A stretch of DNA of 49,261 nt from Candidatus Nezhaarchaeota archaeon WYZ-LMO8 (GCA_004347965.1 QNVF01000003.1:1-49261); one strand, 5' to 3'. Numbered from the stretch's first letter, positions 7,996-18,528 are shown. Numbers and translations are program-made. The notes: generated by a model from the sequence alone, not told the origin.

Positions 7996-10342
7996 ACTAA
8001 TAAATTTTCTTTCACACAAGAGTTCAACAGTAACGTTCGGTAAAGGGCTAACAGCAATAGTTGGACCCAATGGTGCAGGCAAGTCATCCATGATAGAAGG
8101 CATAATTTTCTCGCTATTCCAAGATAGCTTTAGAACTCTTAGAGGTGGAACCAAGGAGTCCCTTAAGCAAATAGGTGCCAAATCGGCTTTCGTAAAGCTG
8201 ACGTTTAATGTTGCTGGAAGAAGGTTTAGAGTTGAAAGGGTCATTGAGAAAGGAGCTGTAGACAAGCTTTACGAAGAGGATAAACTCATAGCAACTCAAG
8301 CATCATACGTTGATAAGAAAATACTTGAAGTTCTCGGTGTTCCACGAAAGGAAGCTTACTTGAACACAGTTATAGTCAGGCAAGGAGAGCTTGAGAAGGT
8401 ACTTGAAAGCTTCATGACGGCTGGTGGTAGAGAAGAGTTAATGAGAGCATTGGGCTTCAAAGAACTTGAAGACATGGCTGAGACTTTGAAAGAAGAACGT
8501 AATGAGTTTGAGAAGGAGTACATGAAGTTATTGGGCGAAGCTGCACAATTAGAGAACTTGAAGAAACAATTAGAGAGGACCCAAGAAGAGGTGCAAAAAC
8601 TCGAAAGCGAGAAGAATAAGATCTTAGAAAACTTGAAGGTTCTTGAAAAGGGTCTGCTTTACGTGGAGAAAGCGTTGGCAGAGGTCCCTGAAAGCGTGGA
8701 ACAAGAGCTTGAGACGACAACGGCTAGGTACTACAAAACGAAGAGCGAGCTTGAGAGCTTAATTAGAGAGGCTAAAAAGGTTGAAGAAGAGCTTAACCGA
8801 TTAGGAGCATTAAAGAAAGAGTTAAACAATCTTCACTCGACATTAGTGTTAAAGGAAGAAATCCGTATCTTACAAGATAGATTGGAAAGAGCGGTATTTG
8901 CTCTTTCAAAGCTTGAGGAGCTTAAGTCCACAATTCGTAGGCTTGAAGAGAAGTTAACGCATAAATTAAGGATTATGTCTCAAAAGCTACAATGTCCTAC
9001 TAACGTGGAGGTCGTCGTTGAAGCTTATAATAAGCTCAAAGCTGAGGTTGAGGTCAAGGAGAGGTTAGTTAACAGCTTAAAGGTGAGCTTGGAAGAGAAG
9101 CGGGCAATGCTCAATAGTCTTGATAAAAGTGGAGATATTTGTCCATTGTGTGGTACTAAGCTAACTAGTGAGACTAAGCTTAGAGTTCAAGAGAAGATAG
9201 AGATTGAGCTTAACGAGATGGCTTCTAGGCTTAAGTCGTTACTCGAATCATTGAAGCATGAGAAGGAGATGTTAGATGCTGTTGAAAGATTAAACGTTGC
9301 TGGTTTAATGGACGAGCTTATGGCATTGAATGAGGAGAAGAAGAGAGAAGAGGAGGAGAAAAAAGCATACCTCGAACACGTAGTGGAAGCTAACAAAGTG
9401 TTGGAGAGGGTGATGGCTAGCAAGGTAAGTGATGAAGTGGCTCTCAAGGTCAGAGAAATTTCAAAGTTCATTAATACACCACTAGAAACCATAAGGTTGG
9501 TACGACAAGTAGCTGAGCTCATTACAAAAGCTGAAGGGAGGTTGGAAGAGCTCAAAAGAATCTCTGTTAACGAAGAAAACATGAAGGCTGAGATGCAACG
9601 TCTCATTAATCGTAGAGAAGAACTTCAAGAACTAGTCGTCCACTTAGAAAGAAGAGTAGAGGAACTAAGGAAAAAACTTGAGCTTAGAAAGAAGCTACTT
9701 GAAGAGAATAACAGGGTCAAGGCTCAAATAGCTGAACAGAGAGGTAAGCTTCTAGGAATCGAAGAAAGCATTAATGGTTACAAGAAGCGACTTGAAGAGC
9801 TCAAGGAGCTTTGTAAGAAAGCAGAAGATGCAGAGCTTGAAGCTTCAAAAATGAGGAACTTCATAGGCTTCGTGGACTTCTTGAGGAATACAGTTTTCGG
9901 GAGAGATGGTCTCATAGCCAAGCAACTTAGGAAAGCATATAGAGCTAAGCTTGAAAGCGAGGTCAATAACTACTTGTCAAGGTTCGGTATGGACTTTGAA
10001 GTGGAGTTCGACGAGGACCTGAGGCTCAAGGTTATATCAAGAGGCGAAGAGCTAAGCGTGGATAGCTTAAGTGGAGGCGAAAGAGCTGTTTTAGCTCTCT
10101 CAGCTCGTTTAGCTTTAGCTAAAGCTCTTAGCAGCAGGGAGGTCGAGCTATTAATACTAGATGAGCCAACAGCAAACTTAGATGCAGATAGAAGAAGAGA
10201 GCTTGTCAGGGTGCTAAGAGACTTGGCTGACGAAATTCCTCAAGTAATTGTGGTAACTCATGATCATGAAGTAGCGGAAGCAGCTGATCAAATATATAAA
10301 GTTAAGAAGGATAATGGAGTATCGATTGTGGAGGAGTATTGA
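7976..10342 (+). CDS. rad50: Rad50 SMC-like ATPase
   Basis: Walker A GPNGAGKSS, long Glu/Lys/Leu-rich coiled coil, zinc hook CPLCG in the middle, signature LSGGE, and Walker B LLILDEP. Confidence 0.9.
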   Translation: MMVEKLELINFLSHKSSTVTFGKGLTAIVGPNGAGKSSMIEGIIFSLFQDSFRTLRGGTKESLKQIGAKSAFVKLTFNVAGRRFRVERVIEKGAVDKLYEEDKLIATQASYVDKKILEVLGVPRKEAYLNTVIVRQGELEKVLESFMTAGGREELMRALGFKELEDMAETLKEERNEFEKEYMKLLGEAAQLENLKKQLERTQEEVQKLESEKNKILENLKVLEKGLLYVEKALAEVPESVEQELETTTARYYKTKSELESLIREAKKVEEELNRLGALKKELNNLHSTLVLKEEIRILQDRLERAVFALSKLEELKSTIRRLEEKLTHKLRIMSQKLQCPTNVEVVVEAYNKLKAEVEVKERLVNSLKVSLEEKRAMLNSLDKSGDICPLCGTKLTSETKLRVQEKIEIELNEMASRLKSLLESLKHEKEMLDAVERLNVAGLMDELMALNEEKKREEEEKKAYLEHVVEANKVLERVMASKVSDEVALKVREISKFINTPLETIRLVRQVAELITKAEGRLEELKRISVNEENMKAEMQRLINRREELQELVVHLERRVEELRKKLELRKKLLEENNRVKAQIAEQRGKLLGIEESINGYKKRLEELKELCKKAEDAELEASKMRNFIGFVDFLRNTVFGRDGLIAKQLRKAYRAKLESEVNNYLSRFGMDFEVEFDEDLRLKVISRGEELSVDSLSGGERAVLALSARLALAKALSSREVELLILDEPTANLDADRRRELVRVLRDLADEIPQVIVVTHDHEVAEAADQIYKVKKDNGVSIVEEY

Positions 10343-11298
10343 TGTCCATATGGGAGGAGGATATTAAGGAGATTGAGAGGGCTTTTGAAGCATTTAATAA
10401 AATTGAGGATGAAAAGGAGATCTTAAACACAGCATTAGATCACTGGGTTAAAGTAGAGAACTTTAGCTATGATGATGGTTGTGAGCTCGTAGGAGTTGAT
10501 GGAAGCTTCTTAGTAAGATCGTTAACCTTTTCTACCCTCTACTTGGCGAGAGCCATAGCCATAGCTCCCTCATTAGGAAGTTTTAAAGCGTCTAAGTCTG
10601 AGGTCCTTGATACTATAAATGATGACCAAGTCAGACAGCACGCTGAAGCTGTGATGACCAGTTTAGAGGTTGAGGTTGCATCAAGAGCTCTAACGGAACT
10701 AATGAGACGTGGTAAGGGGTTCATGCTGCTTTTTGATGGAAGTCTCTCATCGTTAATACTTCATCGGGTTATCCTACATAGGAGCCCCATATCTCATTAC
10801 TCTTACTACATTGCGAGCCGTATCTCTAAGGAGTTGTCTAGAGTAGCTGATGAAGGCCTCGTAGTCTTTGTAGCTAAGAGAAGTAGTAGCTCTATTTATA
10901 GTGAGATGCGCTTACCTGACATGGTGCTCTTCAGCTTAATGCCTAAAGGTTATAGTAAACCAAGAATAGTGAGGTTCTCAGATCTCTATAACATATCTGA
11001 GACGGAGCTTGACGAGCTACCTCTTAGCCCAAAGCTTAAGACCATGACGTTATCCTATGTAAGGTTATCAGAGAATGGTCCTTTGTTGAAGATAGAAGTT
11101 CCTGGTGCGCTTTCAGAAAGCGAAGTGCATGATGTAATAGCTAAGTTGAGTAGTGTGTCGCCGGCTGGCTATCCCGTTCCCCTCCTTGCTGCTCATAAGA
11201 GTGCAAAGTTGAGGAGAATGACGTTGAGGAGGGCTTTGTCGCTCGTGGGCATCAGACTTCGAACTGGAAGAGAAGCTTTAAGGGAGGTTTTTGTATGA
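10339..11298 (+). CDS. nurA: NurA 5'-3' nuclease
   Basis: GVDGS active-site motif near the N-terminus, ~320 aa, and translationally coupled between rad50 and herA (4-nt overlaps on both sides). Confidence 0.7.
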   Translation: MMSIWEEDIKEIERAFEAFNKIEDEKEILNTALDHWVKVENFSYDDGCELVGVDGSFLVRSLTFSTLYLARAIAIAPSLGSFKASKSEVLDTINDDQVRQHAEAVMTSLEVEVASRALTELMRRGKGFMLLFDGSLSSLILHRVILHRSPISHYSYYIASRISKELSRVADEGLVVFVAKRSSSSIYSEMRLPDMVLFSLMPKGYSKPRIVRFSDLYNISETELDELPLSPKLKTMTLSYVRLSENGPLLKIEVPGALSESEVHDVIAKLSSVSPAGYPVPLLAAHKSAKLRRMTLRRALSLVGIRLRTGREALREVFV

Positions 11299-12926
11299 AG
11301 ACGACGGAGATAGGCTTAGTTGCTAAGTCGACACCTGAAAGCGTTTACATAATTGCCTACGAGGCCCCCCAAATCGCTAGCTACCTTTATTCTGAAGTCA
11401 ACAACTTAAAGGTTGTAATGGTGGTGACAAATGTAGAAGTCACTGATGAAGCTCTCGCTGAAGCCATCGATTCTAAAGAAGCTGAGATCATGGTTAAGTA
11501 TGCTAAGGCTGGTGGCGCAATGAGAATAGGGGTTGAGGCTTCACCAGTTGTAGACCTAATTACAAAGCGAAGACCTCAAGTACCAATACCTCCTCGCACA
11601 CCAGTATACATAGCTTCAAAGGAGGTCCTAGAAGAAACGTTCTCAGTATGTTACGGAGCATTTGCTGAGCTCTACTCTGACACACCTCTATCCAGTTGGG
11701 TGAGGATAGGGGTTTTAAGATCACACCAGGATGTAGAGGTCAAGGTTAATGTAGATGCCGTGTTATCAAAGCACTTAGCAGTTCTTGGAAGTACTGGTAG
11801 TGGGAAGAGTAATCTCGTTGCCGTCTTGGTTGATAAAGTTGCAAGCCTTGGAGGTCAAGTGATCATAATCGATAGCCATGGAGAATATTCGGACATGACC
11901 GTATCATCTAAAGACGCTAAGCTAATCCACTTCGAAGCCAAAGTAAACCCGCTTAAAGTCAGTCCACTAGTACTAGCATCAACACTGATACCTGAAGCTG
12001 TAGCCACTAAACAAAGGAATCTTCTTAGAAAAGCCATTAGGGAACTCAATACTTTATATTCTAAGAGTGGAAGAGAGAAGATAAATGCTGAAGAGAGATT
12101 AGAAGATTTAATCCAAAGAGCTAGCAAGGAGCTTGATGTTGAAGTTGAGGACACCAGTGGTAGGAGGTATCTCAAAGCCCTCTATGCAACTGTTATGTGC
12201 ATGAAAACTAACCCTGCAATAGATAAGCGAGATCACACAGTCCTTGATAACATACTCTTAAAATTGGAGAGAAGCATAGTTGAATACGACGTCTATAGCA
12301 CGGATGTAGTGGACCCAGTGGATTTGCTTGAACCTGGAACAATAGTTGACGTTGACGTTTCTCTTCTACCAGACGCCGCTCGCAATGAGGTCGTCTCATA
12401 CATTTGTAGGCAGGTATTGCAAAGAGCTATAACTGGAAAGCTCTTGCCGACACTCATAGTAGTAGAGGAGGCTCACCTATACTTGAGTAGTGAGGCTGAA
12501 GATGCAGCTAAGCAAGCTATTGAGAGAATAGCTAGAGAGGGTAGAAAGTACGGTGTTGGCTTAGTCATAGTTTCTCAAAGACCTAAGGGCATAGATCCTA
12601 ACGTTTTAAGCCAAATAAATAGTTTATGTGTGTTAAAGATAATGCAGCCTGAGGATCAAGCATATGTTAAACAATATAGTGAGTGGTTGACGGATGAAAT
12701 GCTTGCTGCACTACCAACACTGGAAAGAGGAGAGGCTATACTGCTTGGCGAGTGGGTAAGGATGCCCGTAGCTGTGAAGATAGACAAGCATGAGGGCAAG
12801 AAGAAGGGGATCACCATCAGCTCAGTTAAGAGATGGCTTGATGCGAAGAGGACGAAGGAAGTGAAGTTGAAGGGACTATTAGAGGAAGAGGAAATGATAA
12901 GAGAAGCTAAGGAGGTCTTCAGTTAA
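11295..12926 (+). CDS. herA: HerA hexameric DNA translocase/helicase
   Basis: Walker A GSTGSGKSN, Walker B LIVVEEAH, and the VSQRP motif. Operon partner of nurA/mre11/rad50. Confidence 0.85.
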   Translation: MKTTEIGLVAKSTPESVYIIAYEAPQIASYLYSEVNNLKVVMVVTNVEVTDEALAEAIDSKEAEIMVKYAKAGGAMRIGVEASPVVDLITKRRPQVPIPPRTPVYIASKEVLEETFSVCYGAFAELYSDTPLSSWVRIGVLRSHQDVEVKVNVDAVLSKHLAVLGSTGSGKSNLVAVLVDKVASLGGQVIIIDSHGEYSDMTVSSKDAKLIHFEAKVNPLKVSPLVLASTLIPEAVATKQRNLLRKAIRELNTLYSKSGREKINAEERLEDLIQRASKELDVEVEDTSGRRYLKALYATVMCMKTNPAIDKRDHTVLDNILLKLERSIVEYDVYSTDVVDPVDLLEPGTIVDVDVSLLPDAARNEVVSYICRQVLQRAITGKLLPTLIVVEEAHLYLSSEAEDAAKQAIERIAREGRKYGVGLVIVSQRPKGIDPNVLSQINSLCVLKIMQPEDQAYVKQYSEWLTDEMLAALPTLERGEAILLGEWVRMPVAVKIDKHEGKKKGITISSVKRWLDAKRTKEVKLKGLLEEEEMIREAKEVFS

Positions 12927-14362
12927 TAAACTCGCTTGACAACAGCTTGCGAATGATCAAGGCTTTTCCACAAGATTACTAATCCATGTTTCTTTAAAAT
13001 TTTATGCACATCCTGAAGGTCTCTAATCCCAAACTTTCTTAAAGCTTCGAGCACATTCTTCAATGGCTCTTCTTCTATCCTTGATAGGTAGGAGTGAAGA
13101 AGATCCTCATCAATTGGTCTTGCTTCAACTTCTTCACGTGCCATAGAGGTCCTTTGCTTCTCTATTTCTTGTAACATTGGCGCTATATCTGATAACTTCA
13201 ACTTCTCCTCGAAAAGGAGAACCTTGATGTTTGGTGATCCCTTAAATGCAAAGCACACTTCCTTAGCACAGGATAGTTTCCTGTTGATCGCAACTATCAT
13301 AGGATCCTTCATAGCACCTATCTTTCTTAGCTTCCTCTCAACATATTCTGGCGTCCAGAAGCCCATTATCTCTAGGTAGACCTTTAAATCGTCCTTCATA
13401 AATGCAAAATCTGGTATTAAGACCATTCCGTCAATTACTACGAGATCGGGTTCTCTAACTATGTCCCAACCCATTTTGAAAGCCTTAAACCTTAACATGA
13501 AGTCTTCCTCTATCATGCTATCAAACTTCTCCTCTATTGGTGGCTTACCTGGCAGCATATCTCCATAGCGCTCATCAATTTCTAATACATAACGCTTATT
13601 TGAGTGCTGAATATCCGCTTTCATCCTCCACATCCTTAGATGGAGTACTAAAGGTAATACCTTAGCCATCCTAGTACCATATCTTCTAGTCTGAGTGAGT
13701 ATGGATGCTGGACCGTCAATGTGAATTTTTAGCAGCCCATTCTCCCTCTCAACCATGTACATTAAGCCGAGCTGCTTTACCTTCCTGAGTATGTTTTTCG
13801 CTTCCGTTCCAGTCATGTTGGATATTATCGTCATCGACGTTGCTTTAAACATTAATGTTTGAAGTAGGGATAAGTTGTAGTGCTTTAATAGGTCTAAGGG
13901 GTCGGGTGCATCAAAGCTTGTTATTACTTCAGAGCCTTCGTAACTTGCTTCGAAAGCTTCTACCAGCTCTTTTACCGATACCTTAAGTCTACGAGCAGCT
14001 TCAGATAGTATCCCGCTTCTAGCTTGTTCGGTGATGGCAAATCCTCTCTCAGACGATACTGAAAACACCATTCTCCTAGCTACTTCAGGTTGTATCTTCG
14101 TACTTGGTTTGTCAGTCGTTATTCTCCTATTAAGAAGTTCTATGAGACCCCTAACGAACTTAGGGTGATAGTCCATGTCTTCAAGCTGGCTCTCAGCGTC
14201 TTCTAGAGATTCTTCAAGCTCCTCCAATCTCTTACCTACATGTTCGTTGTAAACTTCTATTAAGAGTGAGGCAGCGAACTCGTTTTCATACGTTAAGCGA
14301 GCGAAGTTTGGTAGTATTTTTCTTCCCTTCCTCTTAACTCTAAGTAAAATTGATGGTAACAT
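12923..14362 (-). CDS. bax1: Bax1 (DUF790) endonuclease, XPB partner
   Basis: C-terminal nuclease-like block LIPDFAF...YLEIMGFWTPEY is typical of DUF790. The gene lies immediately downstream of XPB, and the Bax1 ATG shares one nucleotide with the XPB stop codon. Confidence 0.7.
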   Translation of the reverse strand: MLPSILLRVKRKGRKILPNFARLTYENEFAASLLIEVYNEHVGKRLEELEESLEDAESQLEDMDYHPKFVRGLIELLNRRITTDKPSTKIQPEVARRMVFSVSSERGFAITEQARSGILSEAARRLKVSVKELVEAFEASYEGSEVITSFDAPDPLDLLKHYNLSLLQTLMFKATSMTIISNMTGTEAKNILRKVKQLGLMYMVERENGLLKIHIDGPASILTQTRRYGTRMAKVLPLVLHLRMWRMKADIQHSNKRYVLEIDERYGDMLPGKPPIEEKFDSMIEEDFMLRFKAFKMGWDIVREPDLVVIDGMVLIPDFAFMKDDLKVYLEIMGFWTPEYVERKLRKIGAMKDPMIVAINRKLSCAKEVCFAFKGSPNIKVLLFEEKLKLSDIAPMLQEIEKQRTSMAREEVEARPIDEDLLHSYLSRIEEEPLKNVLEALRKFGIRDLQDVHKILKKHGLVILWKSLDHSQAVVKRVY

Positions 14363-15750
14363 CAGCTTCCTACCAACCCTTTACGTCTTCTTCTCGATAT
14401 CACTACTTCGGGTGTACCCTTAACTACTACCTCGTAGAGCAAAGCTTTTTTACCAGGCATTGGTCTCAGGATTCTTCCAAGTCTCTGAATGAAGGATCTT
14501 CTGCTTGCTGTCCCACTTAGAACAATGGCTACGTTTGCATCGGGGACGTCTATGCCTTCCTCAAGTACCTTACTCGTCACCACGGCTTTGTAGATACCTT
14601 TCTTGAAAAGCTCCATCACCATTGCCCTCTCGTTGAGGTTGGTTTTGTACGTTATCTCTGGTATTAACAGCATTTTTGATATCTTTTTAACGACCTTGTT
14701 CAATTCCGTGAATATTAGTATCCTATCATTTTGATGTATTCTCAATAGATCCCTTAGTATTTCAAGCTTAGAGACTGAGTTTAGAATTAAGAGCCTAGCA
14801 TTGCGCCAGGCTATTAGGGCTCTTCTAGCCTCACGACTTAGCCCGCTCATCATTATTAACCGCTTAAAATCTTGGAGAGACTTTAGTCTCCAGTTCTTCC
14901 TTTCTAAGAAGTCTTTGTACATAGAGTATAGATACTCGAACTTTCTTCTCTCCTCATCGGTCAACTCGACGTAAATCCTCACTAAATCGAAGTCTGCGAG
15001 GTGCTTGCTCTTCATCTCATAAACGCTCTTCCTGTACACTACATCGCCAACTAGATCTAAGAGGTCAACGTGCTTACCGTCCTCCCTCTCAAACGTCGCT
15101 GTAAGGCCAAGTCTGTAGGGAGCTGCACTTAGAAGAGCTATCTGTCGGAAGTTCTCACCAGCTAAGTGGTGAACCTCGTCGAATACCAAAAGCTTGAACT
15201 TGTCTCCAAGATCCTCAGCATGAATGTATGCTGAGTTGTATGTTGAGACCGTCACAAACGACAGTTCTCTAAAACCTCCGCCCACGATCCCCACGTTAAC
15301 GTTGAGGGACTTTGAGATCTCTAGCCTCCATTGTTCAAGAAGTTCTAGCGTGGGAACAATTACCATGGTTGGTTCGTTGAGAAGTGCTATTATCTTGATG
15401 GCTATTAGCGTCTTACCGGTTCCTGTTGGCAGAACTATTATGCCCCTCTTACCGGCCTTCATCCAAGCTTCTACAGCCTCCTCTTGATAGCTCCTCAGAG
15501 ACTTTAGTAGAGCCACTCCTATAGATCCCTTAACTGGAGACAGCACATTATCTTGAATCTTAAGTCCAAGTAGCTCAAGAGACTTCTTAACCTCAAAATA
15601 CTTGTAAGCTAATGCGCGTAGACACCTTGTCCTAGGATCCCACTTTAACGGTGGAATCTCATGAGTCAATCCTTTAACCACTATTGTTCCACGATCATAT
15701 TCGAGACTTACTAGTTGAGCTGAAGCGTTATCCTTGCCCTGAATTTCCAC
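14362..15750 (-). CDS. xpb: XPB (Rad25) superfamily-2 DNA helicase/translocase
   Basis: Motif I LPTGTGKT, motif II DEVHH, GLTATFERED containing the XPB-specific RED motif, and C-terminal helicase motifs SGTASRRSFIQRLGR. Confidence 0.85.
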   Translation of the reverse strand: MEIQGKDNASAQLVSLEYDRGTIVVKGLTHEIPPLKWDPRTRCLRALAYKYFEVKKSLELLGLKIQDNVLSPVKGSIGVALLKSLRSYQEEAVEAWMKAGKRGIIVLPTGTGKTLIAIKIIALLNEPTMVIVPTLELLEQWRLEISKSLNVNVGIVGGGFRELSFVTVSTYNSAYIHAEDLGDKFKLLVFDEVHHLAGENFRQIALLSAAPYRLGLTATFEREDGKHVDLLDLVGDVVYRKSVYEMKSKHLADFDLVRIYVELTDEERRKFEYLYSMYKDFLERKNWRLKSLQDFKRLIMMSGLSREARRALIAWRNARLLILNSVSKLEILRDLLRIHQNDRILIFTELNKVVKKISKMLLIPEITYKTNLNERAMVMELFKKGIYKAVVTSKVLEEGIDVPDANVAIVLSGTASRRSFIQRLGRILRPMPGKKALLYEVVVKGTPEVVISRRRRKGLVGS

Positions 15751-15807
15751 CTACGTTCTCCTTAATCTTATAAGCAGAATCTAGCTCTTATAAATTGCAC
15801 TTTAATG

Positions 15808-16665
15808 CTAATTCCTAGATGTTAAGTTTCTTAACTGCCTTATAACGTCAACTAAGCTGCTTGGACTTGCTTCCCTCCCCTCAGTATCTTTGAAAGCTTC
15901 TATAACAATAAATTTCAATCTTAGATTATCACTCTTAATCATGTCAATGAGAGACCTTATGGACTGAGAATTCATTGACGGAGCTATGTGCTCATCAACT
16001 CGTGATTTCCTGACTACACAATCATGAACGTGCACCCCTAAAATCCTTAATCTAAGCTCTTTAACCCACTTCCTTACTACGTCGTTAACGCTTACCCCTA
16101 CGTGATTGTTAAGCTTCATGGCTTGGATCTGTGCATGCCCAATGTCTAGGCATATGTTTGATCCTTCAACGCTCAGAACCGCTCTCTTCATGTGCTCTAT
16201 TGAGGAACCGAATTGCGATGGAGTGTTTTCGAAGAGTACAGTCATCCCGAGCTTCGAAGCAAGATCAACTATTCTTTTAACTGATTGTGAAGCTGCATAA
16301 ATGGCTAATTGCTCTAGCTCTTCTACCTCCTTTACAGCTTGATCAGTAGATACGTGGAACACTACGTACCTTGGTTTAAGCTCTTTAGCTATCTCAAGTG
16401 TTCTTAAAACATAATCTAGAGATGCTTCTCTTACCTGGTTTATTGGTGATGCCAACCTTATGTCCCTCCAACTACCGTGAATAGCTAGATCAAGACCCAT
16501 GTCTCGAATGAATCTTGCTATCCTCTTAGGTGTAAGATCGTCTGGTATCGGCCATGGATAATCGAAACTAAGCTCTATGAAGTCGAAACCGGCATCATAA
16601 GCTTCCCTTACTTTAGCTTCAAACTTCCTTCTATCACCAAGCCATATTGGAAAGCCTATCAGCAC
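15808..16665 (-). CDS. sugar phosphate isomerase/epimerase (xylose isomerase-like TIM barrel)
   Basis: The pattern FDFIELS...HGSW...VVFHV...FEN...LDIGHA...HVHD matches the metal-binding strands of AP-endonuclease-2/xylose-isomerase-like TIM barrels. Confidence 0.6.
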   Translation of the reverse strand: MLIGFPIWLGDRRKFEAKVREAYDAGFDFIELSFDYPWPIPDDLTPKRIARFIRDMGLDLAIHGSWRDIRLASPINQVREASLDYVLRTLEIAKELKPRYVVFHVSTDQAVKEVEELEQLAIYAASQSVKRIVDLASKLGMTVLFENTPSQFGSSIEHMKRAVLSVEGSNICLDIGHAQIQAMKLNNHVGVSVNDVVRKWVKELRLRILGVHVHDCVVRKSRVDEHIAPSMNSQSIRSLIDMIKSDNLRLKFIVIEAFKDTEGREASPSSLVDVIRQLRNLTSRN

Positions 16666-16994
16666 TCTGTATCACCAACAACTCATCACGGTCGGATTTC
16701 TTAACTAATAATCTTAAGCGTCCTGCTCATAAAGATCTTGACTACAAAGTAGAAGAGATTCACCTTGTAATACGCAAAAACGTATTGTACTGGCTTTCTT
16801 CCTTAAGCTTCTACAGTAAACATTAAGTGTACGAGCAAAGATCATGCTCGAAATCTACGAATATAGGGTTCATGATTTTTAAACCTGCAATCATGAATGT
16901 CATTGAAAGGTGACGGCTTATCGATTTAGTCTAGATAGGAGATTGACTTAAGCATTACTGTAGACCAACATAACAGGAAAATTTAATGTGTGCT

Positions 16995-17939
16995 TTACAT
17001 TTGATGAAATACAGATTCTTTGTTGAGATCCATGAAAACCTCTTTAGATGTGTCATACTTTACGACTATCTTCTTATCACTCGTCGTCTTACCTATCACT
17101 GAAACCACATAACCATGCTCTTTAAGCGTTTGAAGGCATTCTTGAACTCTATCTGATGTGAGTATGAAGCCAAATGATGGATAAATTTTGAGCCATAACT
17201 CTAAATCTATTTCTGGAGGCTTCGGTATAGAGTCGAGATCTACTAAAGCTCCAACACTACTAGATTCGCATAACATCGCTAGAGAGCCTAAGATGCCAGG
17301 TGCACTTATGTCTCGTGATGCCGAAACAAGACTTTTCTCAGCTACGATAACCATTCCATCAATCAACTTCCTAACTTGCTCCGGCGTCTTGTCATAAGCG
17401 GTATCGAAGCAGTATACCCAACCTTTAAGATGGCTTGAGCCATTGAGGTCTATGGCCATTATAATACCTTGATCTGGCTTTGCTGTGCTGCTAGGTATGA
17501 CCTTCCTTGCTTTACCAACAACACATCCATCGATAGCATCGTATGTAGTGTCAGGGTGGGTATGCATCTTAAGTAGAGCCAAGTCATAGAGCCTTAGGGC
17601 CTTTCTCAAACCTTTAACTATGTTTATCCTAGTGGAAGAGGAGCTTGATGCTATGTTGCCTGCGTAACCTAAAGGCCTAGCGCCTTTAGCTATTACGTCA
17701 TTAACGCATACTAAAACAGAGTAGAAGCCTGCTAGAAATGGATCCTCTCTTATTAGATCCTCAGCTATTCCGTCGCATGAGACAACTATGTACTCGTCTC
17801 CGACCATAAACCAGCCAGCATCATCAAACTTACAGTCCGCACTAAAGAACCTAGCAAGTGAGCCTATACAAGACTTCCTAGCTAGACCCTTATAGGACTT
17901 TAATTGAGTTAAGAGCTGGCTGAGCTCCAAGCTCTTCAC
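16995..17939 (-). CDS. AIR-synthase-related (PurM/ThiL/HypE superfamily) protein, specific function unknown
   Basis: N-terminal DDAGWF...VVSCDGI motif and a two-domain length (~314 aa) typical of the PurM-like superfamily. It lacks a HypE C-terminal Cys tail. Confidence 0.55.
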   Translation of the reverse strand: MKSLELSQLLTQLKSYKGLARKSCIGSLARFFSADCKFDDAGWFMVGDEYIVVSCDGIAEDLIREDPFLAGFYSVLVCVNDVIAKGARPLGYAGNIASSSSSTRINIVKGLRKALRLYDLALLKMHTHPDTTYDAIDGCVVGKARKVIPSSTAKPDQGIIMAIDLNGSSHLKGWVYCFDTAYDKTPEQVRKLIDGMVIVAEKSLVSASRDISAPGILGSLAMLCESSSVGALVDLDSIPKPPEIDLELWLKIYPSFGFILTSDRVQECLQTLKEHGYVVSVIGKTTSDKKIVVKYDTSKEVFMDLNKESVFHQM

Positions 17940-17998
17940 CTCATGAATATTGCTACAGTGATAACCCTATTCTCCTTATCTTTAACGTTTCTAAATTC

Positions 17999-18528
17999 CT
18001 ATAAAGTGAATTCTCCGAGCTTAATTAAAGCTAAGACAAGCGATGTTGTAGGCATGAGCTTAACCTCACCTTTAAACTTAAGCTCTAAGGCTTCGTCAGG
18101 AGATAGATAAACTATCTCTAATGCCGCTTCGGTCTCCTTTGGAGAGCTAAGCAACCTACATGGTATGTATATGTATCTTTTACTGGATCCTGAGATCCCA
18201 TTCAGCTCTATCGAAGATATATCAATGGTCTTATAGCCATGAAAGCCAAACCTTCCATTCAATGGAGGCCAGTATCTCTCAAGATAGTCATCTGGTAATG
18301 TAGCATTGCTGGGTCCCTCAAGTACTAGTACTCTGCTACTAAGTGGTTCAACTGAGCATCCTATTTCTTCCTTACATTCTCTGGCTAAACCAACTAAGGG
18401 CGATTCGTTTCTTTTTAAGTGGCCTTCAGGGAAGGAGTAGTAGCCTCTCTTAGGGGTTTCCCCCCTCTTTATTAAAAGGAGTTTTCCATCATTAGGTATC
18501 AGTGCAGAGACAACTATTCTGGTGTCAT
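17999..18528 (-). CDS. Nudix hydrolase; start codon unresolved (possible frameshift or non-canonical start)
   Basis: Perfect Nudix box GHLKRNESPLVGLARECKEEIGC (GX5EX7REUXEEXGU) lies upstream of the TTG used in the ORF track. The frame is open back to 18567 but has no in-frame ATG/GTG/TTG. An ATG at 18528 sits in the +1 frame. Confidence 0.6.

Noticed and set aside
9187-9606. 139-aa ORF antisense to rad50. Similar antisense ORFs lie at 7402-7599, 7881-8087, 7951-8265, 8114-8299, 8457-8720 and 9778-9966.
   Set aside because: These are Ser/Leu/Phe-rich low-complexity translations, the typical mirror image of a Glu/Lys/Leu-rich coiled-coil gene. They lie entirely inside the confidently called mre11 and rad50 genes and have no ribosome-binding sites.
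16995-17939. Calling the PurM-like protein HypE, ThiL or a methanogenesis marker protein
   Set aside because: It lacks the HypE C-terminal Cys motif, and I cannot verify ThiL or marker-protein signatures by eye. It is left as a generic AIR-synthase-related protein.
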